A DNA stretch of 63,660 bases, the filler included, from Klebsormidium nitens (lineage: Eukaryota; Plantae; Klebsormidiophyceae), in the NCBI GenBank assembly GCA_000708835.1. It is 8 parts of 8 records of this genome, joined end to end, with 100 filler letters (N's around TTAATTAATTAA, not from the genome) between each part and the next. Parts side by side here need not be neighbours in the genome. Positions count along the whole stretch, not along the records: positions 35,110 to 38,227 come from DF238607.1; positions 38,328 to 45,268 come from DF238322.1; positions 45,369 to 62,051 come from DF237980.1; 5 more parts are not named here. One strand, 5' to 3'. Under the pieces are notes generated by a model. That model did no database searches and had not been told where the DNA came from. It worked only from the letters and a program-made list of their open reading frames with translations. This document shows, one piece after another, positions 36,416-48,366 of this stretch (its first letter is position 1; each line of letters begins with the position of its first letter). A program made the position numbers and the translations under genes.

Positions 36416-37551
36416 TACGAGATATCTACGATGCTATTTTTGAGCCTCGTGAATTGGGGGATTTACCGTCGATCGGTCGGACCGCCGTCCCGCAATAATC
36501 CCACGGTTCACCCCGTGAGTAATTTGAAAAGTTCACCGGAACCTCGAGGGGCTCGTCCCGGGACCACCGGGGGTCGGCACGTCCAAGATTTGGAGGATCC
36601 CCATGTTTTCCCAGGGTAATAGTATGGGGATTTGCCTGATATATACACCATCTTTCCGTCCTATAAAATGGATTTTGAAGAACTATATACCTGTGGAAGT
36701 TCACAGGCGTGTTCCATAGGGTGTCCTGAGCCTACTTACAAGGTGCCACCAAAAGTTGATCCCCGGAAGTGCTGCTTCATGGGGCTTTTGGAAGGCTCCT
36801 CCATTTTGAAGGCGCCCCATGAAAATTACACAAAGCTCCTCCTCCATATCCAAATTTCAAATATAGAAGCACCGTTAGGTAGGTTTGCCCAGTGGAGGAG
36901 CGACTACTTGTAAAAGCTGAGGTCGGGTGCCCGGTGTCACTACCGTCACTGTACGGTACTGGTTCCTTACGGCCGGTAGAAACCGAAGGCTTACCAGTAG
37001 AACCATTTCCTACCAGTAAAAACAAGTACTACCGTACTAGGTAGTAACAACCTACGGTGGGTAGCGACCTATCTACCTACCGTAGCTGTAGTAGTAGGTA
37101 GGTACTACAGTAGTACAGTCTACGATAGAAGTACCGTACCGTAGGTACTACTAGGTAGCCCTGACGCAGCCTCCCTCTACGTACTTGAATTGGGTACCGG
37201 CGTACCGTGCAATGCCATTTTCGTCCCGGCAGTGGGTACCGGACCCCAGTCCTAACCGAAAGCCTCAGCAGACTTGCATGTACTTGCATCGCTGCGCGCC
37301 AGGCACCCGGAATATTTCCGTTGAGCACTAAATTGAACCACTACTATCGAAATCGAAAGCCGAGGTTTGCGGCCATACTTTGACGCCCCTCGAGACGCTC
37401 TTGCAGTCCCACGACGGTGCCGCGATAATCCCCATGCAAAAAATCTACTTTTTGGGATCGTGCGGGGGCGGCCCCGGGACGGACCCGGTACCGAACCTCG
37501 GAAATTGCCGCAATTCACGAGGCTCAAATTTAGCACCATAGATATCTCGTG
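36416..37551. mobile_element. Non-autonomous element with terminal inverted repeats (MITE/foldback-like)
   Basis: 36416-36468 (..GAGATATCTAC..TTTGAGCCTCGTGAATT..) is an imperfect inverted match to 37499-37551; no convincing ORF inside. Confidence 0.6.
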
Positions 37552-38327
37552 TAATACCTTACAACTTGGCTACTAATGGAGCGGCACAGCCTATGCGGGC
37601 CGGTACCCGGGTTCTTTCGCTTCTGTGCCGACCGCTTGCATGTAACGCTTACATGTGACAAGCTTTGACTCTTGAGCAGCCCAACCCGCAGGCGAACTGA
37701 AGGACGGGTACGCACGAATTCGGCTAATTGGTTTAAACACCGCCTCCCTGGAATACCTATTGCCACTGCATGATTAAGTTGGGTAATTTTACCGGCGTCG
37801 ATGGCGGAGTAACAGTGGCGGCGGTATCGCGATACTGTGATTGCCGCACGTTCGTTTCGTCCGCCCATCAAGGCTTGATTCAATGATTCCTGAGCGGCAG
37901 TGCGCCGCGCAGCAAAAATGCAAAGCCTAGTCTGAGGTCATTGAGGCTAATCTGAAATTGAAGGTGCCACGCCGCGCAGTCAATCAGCCTAGCCTCGCGC
38001 GGTGAAAGTCGCGGGGAGGAAACTGACGCAAATTATTGCGGGAAGTCACATAACGTCGCGCAGAGCATAGCAATTGCATACTTTAGCTTCTTAAACACAA
38101 GCTTACGTTCAGGACTTTAGTATTGAAATCATTGTTTTGTTAGTAAGAGAGTCATTGTGTGACGATTCGAGTCTATGAATCTTCATATCGAACTCGTCCT
38201 AGTATATTGTCCGCGCGCGTATGGCGTNNNNNNNNNNNNNNNNNNNNNNNNNNNNNNNNNNNNNNNNNNNNTTAATTAATTAANNNNNNNNNNNNNNNNN
38301 NNNNNNNNNNNNNNNNNNNNNNNNNNN

Positions 38328-38568
38328 GGCTCACAGCCTAAGTCACACACTACTAGGCTCACTAGCCTAGATCACACTCACACTCAATCATAGCCATCGA
38401 TATCCTCATCTACGGCTCCATATCGGCGGGCCTCTCAACCGCCTAACCTCCAAGGTTAACCGCCTAACCGCTGTGCACGCACGCCGGCGCTCACTAGTTC
38501 AAACCCTAACTCGGTCCGAACCCTAATCACGGAGTAATCCGGCTGACCATAATCACCGGATTCTAACA
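38328..38568 (-). mobile_element. LTR family B copy, runs into a gap
   Basis: Reverse complement of 8237-8407 and beyond; ends ..CCGGATTCTAACA. Confidence 0.72.
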
Positions 38569-38589
38569 GCCAGCCTCGTGACGGAAATC

Positions 38590-41490
38590 AAACCGAGTCG
38601 CAAATTGGTGATAATGGCCGAGACGGGCTCCAAGAAGACCACGAAGATCTCGCAGATCATCCGCGACAACTGGCTGTCGAAATGAGAATCCGGGACGGGC
38701 CTGACAATCGTCGTGACCTTTCTGCTGAGGGCGGCCGTGAAGTGGGCTGCAAACTTTGTGGCGGAGGAGAGGCGAGCAAAGTGGAGGAACGACGTGGGGT
38801 ACGTGATTTACCACGACAGAGAAGTAACGAAAGACACAAAGATCGTCTTCATGACGGAGGGGTCCCTCGTAAAACAGCTACCCAGGAAGGACTCACCTGG
38901 GGCGCCCGGAACTTTAGCCTGCAAAGACGGTCAGAAACTATGTGAACATTGCATCAAGCACCCGGACCTGCCACAGAAGCAGCCTCGGGTTCTTACAAAG
39001 CACCGGAGCGGCTGTGAGTATCTCGGAATGCGCTGCAGCCCAAGAGTTGTTACGTCCAGGACCCTTTGAAGCTCTTGAAGCCCAAAGGCCCAAGCAGGAG
39101 ACCCAGAGAAGCCAGAATGCACAAGCCCAACAGACCAGCAACCCAGTAGAGCGATTGCAGGAATCCAGAAACGCCAAACCCAGAACCCACAATGCAGCAA
39201 CTCATGAGATCCGGGGACATCGCAAACCGGATATCAAAGCGGCATTGACAACTCACTTGTAAAGTCCCGCCTGCGTCAGCTGGGCACTCTCGGCCGACCC
39301 AGACCACCGGAAATGCACGAGCGGTAAACAGCTGATCAAACACCTGTGCCCCTTTCTCTATCTGGATAGCATGAAAAACCTTGTCCTGAAACCTTGAAAG
39401 ACCGACAACACCGCTGCCGCAACTCTGAAATGCTACTTGCTTGAGCAAGTGAAGCAGCTTGAGAAGAGAAGGGAGTATGATGATGTCATAGCCAGAAATG
39501 CAGGATTGAGAGATTTGCCCGCGAGAATGGAGAACGTTTGATCAATCTTGAGAATGGAAAAAACAATGAAGCCCTTTCCAAACAAGTACCACTGCAATGC
39601 TGATAGTGCAGACAAACATTCGTAGCTTACCTTTGGGGTCCAGGTCTACAACCTTGTTAGACTCCATCTGATGAAGCAGTGAAAACGCAGACTCTGTTGG
39701 CTCAAACGCACGCAATGCCGTTCCCAAAGAACGCCCGGGCCCCCCGGCCCTAAAAACTTTGCTGGAAACAAAGGTCAGCTTGCTCGCAGCAGAACCCTAA
39801 TCAAAACTCCCGCTTCTTCTTAATGCCGCCCGGCCCATAAGAGCATTGCAGCAAATTCGAGCTGCAGCAGCGTGACGGTAGGCTATGTAGACCTCTGGCC
39901 TAATCACATCAAGGAGTTGATACTGGTCGGAATTCACTATATAAGTATAGTGACTGCCCGAAATTGTCATCGTAGTATACCTTTTTTGGCCCAATGCAGT
40001 GGTAGTACTGTCGGCCGTTACATTGGCATCAGAGGTTGTGACGTCAGCATGATTCGATAGGCGTTGGTGCCGTCATGATCGACGAGGTGCACCAACGGTG
40101 CGCCAGTACAGACGTTCTTCTCGTTGTCGTGAAGCTGCTCACGGCCCGTCGCCCAGATCCGGGCGTCTGCGTGACAAGCGCGACCCTCCCTAACCCAGAA
40201 GAGTTCCGAAGGCACATGAGCGGCGTCGTCTTTCCCCCTATCTCCGGTCGCCCCCATAGCGTCGACATCGTCTACGAAGAAGGACCCTCGATGTACGACA
40301 GATCCGACGTCGTCTTAGTCACGCAGCGTGTGCACCGTGTGCAACCAACTGGCAGCTTGGGCATCCTAGTGTTTGTGACGGGCGCGACGAGTGTGAGCTT
40401 GTAAAGCAGCAGCTAGAGTCGGCGGCGGTGTCAGAGCGCTTACCGCCAATCAAGGTTTACACCCTGAATTCCAGCACACCGGAAGAGGAAAGGAACCAGG
40501 CGCTCAACGAAGACCCTAAGGTGGGAAGAAAGATCGTCGTCGCAACTAACGCGGCTGAGACGTTCTCACGGTTGCGCACATTGGGAGTGTCGTCGACCCG
40601 GGTTTTGCAAAGGAAAAGCGGTTCTACCCCCAACACGAGTCGGAGTCTTTGTGGACGGTGAGGATCGACAAGTCTTCGGCCACTGAGAGAGTGAGGCGGG
40701 TGTTGAAAGAAAGCGTCTTGAAGCGCCTTTCAAGTGCACAACTACTAGGAATGAGTGTCCATCACAATTCAAGAGTCCAAATCAAGTCCAATCACGTAGC
40801 TAGGTCTACTCTAGCTTATGTGGAGTCCTTAATTAGCCTAGGTGGTCCCTTCTTCAAATCGACGGCCTAGCTCCAACTACTCCAACAACTACCATCGGAC
40901 GATCCACACGACTCCCTCTTAATATGTCCTTAATCTCAATGGTCTCGTATGCGTTCACCTTAATCTGATCTTAATCTGATCTTAATCTACGTGCTCTTTA
41001 CGTTGGTTGTCTTAATCTCGATTGATCTTAACTTTAACCACCTTTAGACGTCAATCTTACAGCACATTAAGATCAATCTCGCTTACATCAAGTCCTAAAT
41101 CTCGCAAGCATTAAGACCTGAATCTCGGCCTTATCCAGTCTTAATCTCATCCACATTAAAACTTTAATCTCGGCCTCATTAAGACCAAACCTATGCATCA
41201 CACACTAACCCACCACATTACAATGGTATAGGATATTAAGGGCGTAATCAAGACAGATACTCTTTAATCTCAACAGAGGTTAAGACCAAAGACTTCTTAA
41301 TCCTAACAGAGATTAAGACCAAAAACTCCTTGATCTCAACAGCGGGCTGGCCATACGCGCCTCGGTACGTGCTACAGGCTGTGCAGCGAGGCCGTTTACG
41401 AGGAGATGCCGCCGACGGCCAACCCGCAGAGCAAGCGCACGGATTTCGCACTGGTGGCGCTCGACGTCACGATGATGGGGTGGAGCCGCG
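38590..41490 (+). pseudogene. DEAH-box RNA helicase (Prp16/22/43-HrpA family) pseudogene, apparently intronless, broken by insertions at about 38890-40060 and 40701-41341
   Basis: Motif I-like AETGSKKTT, VGYVIY..TKIVFMTEG, II MIDEVHQR, III SATL, ISGRPHSVDIVY, ILVFVTG, V RKIVVATNAAET, DPGFAK, VI ER/RAGHTR.GTCYRL, then TDFALVALD. Confidence 0.88.
40701..41341 (-). mobile_element. Solo LTR (family A), 641 bp
   Basis: Ends TGTTGA...TCAACA (perfect 6-bp inverted termini); 5-bp target-site duplication GCGGG at 40696-40700 and 41342-41346; removing it restores the helicase motif VI frame. Confidence 0.93.
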
Positions 41491-44069
41491 CATGTGAGCC
41501 TCAAGTAAACCTTTGCCGGCGCTGGTGTGCGGCCTGATGTGTGGAAGGCCTTGTTCGTGCCTTGTTGACTCGTTCGCCCCAGTGTCGCTCGCCGTTAGGG
41601 ATTATGTTCGTCTCTGGTGCCAAGTCCGACGAAGCTCAGCGCTCATCAAACCGTTTGTCCTCGCTTAGTTACGCAGCTTCTAGAGTGGTCGTTCGCTGAA
41701 GTCGGCGCCGCTCGAGTCTTGCAACGTGCGCTGTGGATGAACTCATTCTGGCCTTGATGTCTGCTCCTGATGTTGCGTTCTCAGTGGCAGCATGCGTGTT
41801 TTGCTGCCGTCGACTTCGTCAATAGTTTCCCCTTCCTGAACCCGCCTGACGACGGCGCCCATGATACGCATTTCGAAAGCTTCAAGCCATCGCCGCGACA
41901 TGCAACGGTGGTGCAGTTTCGCGGCGTGGCCGGCGCATGGCGGCCCTCCTACTGAGCCCCGAGGATGGCGCAATGTTCTTTGCCGCGATCGACGGGGGCT
42001 GTCAGTTCTCAACGAGGAATCCCCCCCCTATACCCATCTGGACGGGCATTGCCCGAGTGAGGTGGGCACCTGTCTGCTCCAAGCCGATCCGATAGAGTAA
42101 GTACAATGGTAGAATCGGTCCTTCTGATGTAAAAGTTGTAGCAACCCTTTTGCAGTGTAGTGCGGGTCCAATCAAACCCTGTTCGCGCAATCGCGGAAAG
42201 CTTCCTCTCCAATGAGATGGCTCGACGCTCATGAAAGCGCCCACCCGTACTTCCCATCGAGCAGGTGCATTGGATTCGTTACCAGCTCCAGGCGACTTTC
42301 CCTGTACCTGTTTCTTCTTTTTCTTTTGAGCAATCAAGTGTGACGGTTGGCTAGCTTAAGCGAAGCGCTGGCGGGATAACTTCACCCGTTACTAGCAGCC
42401 ATGTGCCGAAACCATGGATGTAGGCATTCTTGGACGAAGGCGCGAGCTCTGTAAAAGTGTTGTCTTTCAACTGAAGTCAGTTCTGCTTGCTGGTTGGAAC
42501 TTGACTTCAAGGATGCCCGCAAGTTGAACCAAGTCTTGTTCCTCGCTCGCATTCAGTGAAGACCTGAATCATGAAGGGGCAGTCTCGAGCGCACTCGAGG
42601 TCTGGTCCAATCATATCCAAGTCCCCCGTCCAGCTATTGAGGAGCCTACTGAGGACTGCATAGTAGAGCACAGTGCGATACGCCAAGCAATCCTGATCAT
42701 GACAGCGATTGACAGTGACTACCGAACTGTTTCGGACTGAACTGAACAATACATTATCATTGCCCTACCATACACCTTAGCCGGTGGCGTAATTACAATC
42801 AATTATGTCACATCAATACCGGCCACATAGGCCGACACGTCGACAAACTGGCAAATCCGAAGGATAACACTTGTGTGATTGTGCGGTTAGATTTAACCAT
42901 AGCCCAATCGTCACATCAAGAGTCGCTCGTTCGTCCCCATCCCTATCCTCTTTCTTGTTTATTGCACAGGTCCGGCTTCGCTCGAACACAACGTTTATGC
43001 ATTATGTCGAGACATGCTTTCGTGCGTCCCTCTTCAGGGATTTCATCAAGCAAGTGACGCAAGGAAGAGCCGACGAATGGTGTTCGGAGTGCGGACTGCG
43101 TGCAAAGGCGCGCTGGCGTGCTCATGACACGTACGAATAGCTCGCGGGCATGCATAGGAGGTCAGTGCTCGATTGCGCCAGGACCGCATCGAATGTGTAC
43201 GCAAAGCTCTGGTTCCGTGGGTTGGCTGTAGACTAGGCTTCCGCTCTTCTCAAGTGCTGCTTCCACTCAGCGCTACCCTCCCAGTTCCGTTCAACTTCCG
43301 TTCGCGTGTGAACGATCTAGAGACACGCCCTTTGATAGGACTTGTCCCTTCTACGTTTGACGTCAGTCTATGATTCGAATGCCTGCTAGATGGCCGCCTG
43401 CAAAACGAGCGTCAACCTCCTACTTCTTCGATAGCGCTTCCACTGACTCGATCGCAAGGAAAAAGACCGAAGGCTGAGCAGCGGTGCTCCTCATCCCCTG
43501 CTCACTTTCTCGCTACTCAATAACTCATCAAGTGGGTAGTCCGGGTTGCAAGCTGTGTTGACGACCTCACTCCGTTGCTACGTACGTAAGGGCCATTTGC
43601 CAGGGCTACGTACTCAACAAGCCTTTCGCAAGCCCGACGGCGATTACCTTACCTGCTTCAGTGAACGGGAGGCGGATATAGATAAGAGGAGCGTGCTTGC
43701 CAACGGCGAACCGCTCTGCGTCGTTAGCCGTCGCCTGTCCGAGACCCGGCCAAGGAAGCTGGAGCTGCAAGAATACGTCGTGATTGATCGGGGCTGGTTA
43801 CCCGCGCCTGCTCGGCACTTTTCAATTTTTTGGCGGAGGACTGGGTTTGACCGCTTATGGACGTGTATAGCGGGGGCGGAGTGAGTCAAGAGTCACTGTG
43901 AGGAAGTCGAACACGTTCGGCTCGGCGGTGCTAGGGGTGGCGACTTCGACTTACAGCCGCAGGTAGGTCGTAGAATCCGCACATACATGCAGCTAGAAGG
44001 TCTGGTCCAAATTGGCCACTGTTTGGAAATTTGGGCCCACAGCCGTGCTGGCGAACCCACGAACCTCGG

Positions 44070-44320
44070 CCTAGAGCCGCATGTAAACAGAAATATCGGC
44101 AGAGAGCCGCACGTAGTCGGGATTTCGGCTCTAGAGCCGCCTGTAGCCAGGGACTTCGGCCCTAGAGCCGCCTGTAATTAGGAACTTCGGCCGAGAGCCG
44201 CCGTAGCCAGTAACTTCGGCCAAGAGCCGCATGTAGCCAGCAACTTCGGCCGAGAGCCGACATAGCGAGTATGTGCTTAAGCAGTCGACGAATAAAAATT
44301 TCGGCCCAGAGCCGCGATAC
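44070..44320. repeat. About 30-bp tandem array, about 8 units (AGAGCCGC..GTAGCCAG..ACTTCGGC)
   Basis: Direct inspection of the repeated AGAGCCG / TTCGGC anchors. Confidence 0.85.
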
Positions 44321-45039
44321 TAAGGAAGCATTGACGTAGAGTTCTGCTCAAAGTTGCACGATGCTCTGCATGACGAGATGGTGCAACCGCGGCGGCGGGA
44401 TTCAAGTCACTAGCTAGTGTATATACTCCGAAAATACTAATGGGGCAAATAGGAAGAGGATGCTCTTAGTCGTGGTCCATCATTTTTGCAGTGTGTTTGT
44501 GTGCACGTGCTCATTCGATCTACGTTTCCGTATACGTTCTCTACGGCCGTTCAAATTTTTTACATAACGATTTAAAACAACAGGATGCTGCTTCCAGGCA
44601 ACACACGAGGGGATCCAAGCACCACTAAACCGGTCCGCTGACCACGGTCCGCACCATTAGATGGTCACTTATTTCCGTACACACTTAGGCACCTGGGCCC
44701 AGATACAAGCAACTTTGGAGTTCGGGGTTCATCAAAAAAACGTTTCTATTCTACTGACCGAGCAGTTACAAGCGATAAAGCAGCTTGTCACTGCACAGGA
44801 TTATGGCTACATGCTACCCTGTCATGGCATAAATTACTCGGAAAGCAATTATTGGGCCGACAATAAGGTTGATACGCGGGCCGCGTTTGGATAGCGAGAC
44901 AATACACCTGTTAGTTCGTCAAGGCAGACTCCGATTGTATATGAGGCTCGGACCGCTGCAAGCTCGACTTAATATCGAGACCGTGCGTGGCATGTGAACA
45001 ACCCGGAGCATGAACCATGCATGCATCCGGGTGTGGGTG

Positions 45040-45267
45040 TGTTAAGATTCGGTGGTTATAGTCAGCCGAATTACTGTGATTAGGTTTCGGCCCGAGTTAG
45101 GGTTTGAACTAGTGAACGCCGACGTGCGTGTACGGCGGTTGGACGGTTAAACCGTTAGGCGGTTTGGAGGTTAGGCGGTTGAGAGCGGCCGTTAGTGTTA
45201 GCCGTAGATGAGGATATCGAAAGCTGAAATTGAGTGTGACTGTGAGCTAGGCTAGTGAGCCTAGTAT
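45040..45267 (+). mobile_element. Diverged LTR family B copy, runs into a gap
   Basis: TGTTAAGATTCGG.. start; shares GAGTTAGGGTTTGAACTAGTGA and CCGTAGATGAGGATATCG with 8237-8407; preceded by a G-rich tract. Confidence 0.68.
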
Positions 45268-48200
45268 ANNNNNNNNNNNNNNNNNNNNNNNNNNNNNNNN
45301 NNNNNNNNNNNNTTAATTAATTAANNNNNNNNNNNNNNNNNNNNNNNNNNNNNNNNNNNNNNNNNNNNCCAAGGAGGAGGAACTTGATCGATAACATAAT
45401 CAGAGAAGCATGAAGTAGAGAAGAAGGCGCCTTTGAGAGGCGCTCGTGCCACTGTGCTGTTTGCTACATGTGATTGTCTGCCAGATGCATTGATACAATC
45501 TAACACGCTGTGGGTACGGAAGTTTCCAGCAGCTCTGGAGGTTCTTCGCGTATGTGGGTCATCTTGAATATACTTTTGGGTGGGCTTTTTTTTCCGCGAC
45601 GGAATCGAGCTGTCCGTCGCTCTCTTTGAACATATTCGATTAAGGGACGACAGAGGATCAGGGTTCCAGGTTTTGGGTAACCGGTAGGTTGCAGAAACTT
45701 AGACACCCTTCAAAAACGCTGGTAAAGGCTTGAGGGCGATCAAGCTGGTATGGAATCTGTTGCTCGGATTATGCTAGGTTGCTAGTTGTCTGCTCGCAGT
45801 ATACAGGGATTGCGCCGCCGCGGGCTGGTAGTCTGATCATACAGGGATAGGGCTGAACGGGAACTCTACATTTGAGACCCCTAGACTTGATCATGTACGT
45901 ATTGAAGTATGTAACGTGGCGGTCAAAACCGCCTTGTATGGTTGTCTGGATCACCGAAGGATCACTCGGACGACAATAGAGCACTTGGAAAGACAATCAG
46001 CGAGCAGAATATACGTCATCTGTTCGTTTAATTAAAAAGGCGCTGATCGGAGAGCGTATATTCAAGTTGTCTGACAGCTTTGTCCGAACTTTGAGGCTCA
46101 AGAGTGCAAGTGTTGTATGTTTTTCAAAATGACGTCAGTGCGCATGACGTGGCCATGCAGCGAATCGAGAATGCATGGCCACCTTGACTTCCAGCAGCGA
46201 GCTAGCGTGCGACCCATGAAACTGGTGATCGGTCACCAGAGTTAATTTAGGTCGGCGCAAGTATCCGAACCTAGGTCTGGATTTATTCGCCGCGGAATCA
46301 CAGCTTAGTTTCACTCATACATGGTTGAACATACCTCGTGCAGCGAAAGCATGTGCTTGGCTGATGGGCCATAGAGCATTGGGAGATCGAGTCGATCTCC
46401 CCCTCATGATCACCGCTGCTTGAGTCCTTGATGTGGTGCATGCGTCTCTTAATTCGTTCGGACCAATTAACGTCACGTCAATGCGTGGGACAATTCGTAC
46501 GGCCACGTGCAACATTAGAGCATTAGTAAGCATAACGTACGCCATTGATCTCCGTAATTTGTTCCATTTGAAACTTGAGCAAAAAGTCTGACCCAGTGGC
46601 GTTGTTCCAAAGAATAGATCCGTTGTTTGGGACAAAGCCAGACTGAACCAAAGGAAACGACTTCAAGTGAGTCGTGATGAGTGTAGGTTGGATCCGATCA
46701 TGTCGGAATGCGCTAGATTCGCCCCGATCAACGGCCAGTGTGCCAAAAGGCGAAGAACAAGGGCCGATCTGGCGTCAGAAATTGATTGGAACAAATGACG
46801 CTGAGGAGCTTTGTAGGGAGTAGGAACACTTTCAAGCGCGTTGTTTTTCTTTGACGTACGTTCATATCACGCTTGAATCTTCATTTCGTAGAGTCCCCAC
46901 ACTTCAGCAAAAAAGGTATCCCGGCCAAGATTTGGACTGGAGGACTGCTGATTGGCTATGCTTCTGTTCGAAGTTGTATATCAACTTGTGCATGGGAACA
47001 CCCCGGGAACACTTACCAGGATCAAGCGGCCGGGAGATCAGAAAATTGAGATCGAGCGTGGCTGCACACAAACGAGGCGAAAATGGTCGGATTAACGCAA
47101 ACGGCCGGGTCCAAATCGGCAGCAGGATAAACAGGTTTGCATTTTCTCGAGAAAAATCAGCCATTGCGACATCAATGATCGGCCGCCAATATCTGCAATC
47201 TTGCCCGCTTGCGATCAGCAGTCTGCTTACTTTATGTATCCTGCATGGAGTATCGTAGGCTTTGTACGAAATTAATGGCAGCAGCTGAGTGGGCTATAAG
47301 TAACGGGTCCGCCAACATGATGGCCGCCGCCCGGGGCCGCGGCTGGCCGGCCGCGGGCCCGGCGTAAGTTGGATTGGCGCGGCCGCGCCTGCGTGTGCCG
47401 CGTGCCGCGCGCGCTCAGAGCTCGGCCCAGCTCGCCATCTCTCACTGTCAGCTGATGCATGGGCCTCAGCAAAATACGGTAGGCTGCAGTCGTTGGAACG
47501 CTGCAACCACCCAGCGCTATCTTTAGTCCACTTTTGCATTGACAAGCTCAGAGGTCAGATGAATGGCTGCTGGGTAGGCTCATTTAACAATCCCTGAATT
47601 GGAAATGAAGCTTGGAAGCCGGGGCTGTGGTCTGTTCCCTCTTTCCATGTTTGGAGACTTTCGTACTGAGCGCAATCAGGAGCGTTTCTGAGAGCCAGCT
47701 GCAAACCACGATCATGCGATGTCTAAGGCAGCACGTGGACCAGCTTCTTGAGTGTTTGGCTGCTTGGGGAAATATATCTTTTATTCCCCCGCATTTGCGA
47801 CCACTTATCACCACCAGACGTCATCTAGCTAACTCAACCACAGGTTCACTCACTCAGAAGTCTGGCGCCGAGTTGCAGTCGTTTGCCGCAATCCCTGGAA
47901 GCAGCCTTCTTAGATGCCCCCAACAAAATTCCTTCCAGAGAGTGGTCAGCCAGAGGGGACTTCAAAGGTATGTCCTTCAAGAGAAAACCCAAAGGCCATT
48001 ATCCTGTTGAAAGTTTTCAGGTTACAATGTGATCTTACCAACTGGAGAACTGGTCCACATATGCAGCAGATGGTCACTGAAGAAGAGTGTGATACAATAC
48101 GAACTCCATTGCACGGTTTGAACACGACGAAAGTCCTGCCTCCGATTTGCTTTCCTCAAATGTTGAGCCCCTTGTGTGACAAAACAAAGGCGTTGCAAAT

Positions 48201-48366
48201 AAGCCTTCCAGTACCTGTGAGAGAAGAAGAAGTGGTATTTGCCCCAATGGATACCACCGTACTGCTCGAGTAGATTGGAAGTCCTCCCTCACAATGTGCT
48301 CTGAAAGGATTCAGTGAAGAGGCTGATTGAAAGAGGTGTTGCATATGCAATTTTTTGTTGTGACAG

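Noticed and set aside
7722-41341. Initial idea that 38328-41341 is one repeat that captured a helicase
   Set aside because: The helicase continues past 41341 and the TSD shows LTR-A inserted into it; the LTR-A and LTR-B pieces are separate insertions.
41700-43900. Several short ORFs with a protein-like look
   Set aside because: No recognisable motif and no consistent splice model.
44070-44320. Possible CRISPR array
   Set aside because: Eukaryotic context, the 'spacers' are related to each other and too short, and there are no cas genes.
44560-45039. Possible decayed chromodomain or integrase tail before LTR-B
   Set aside because: No convincing motif could be read in any frame.
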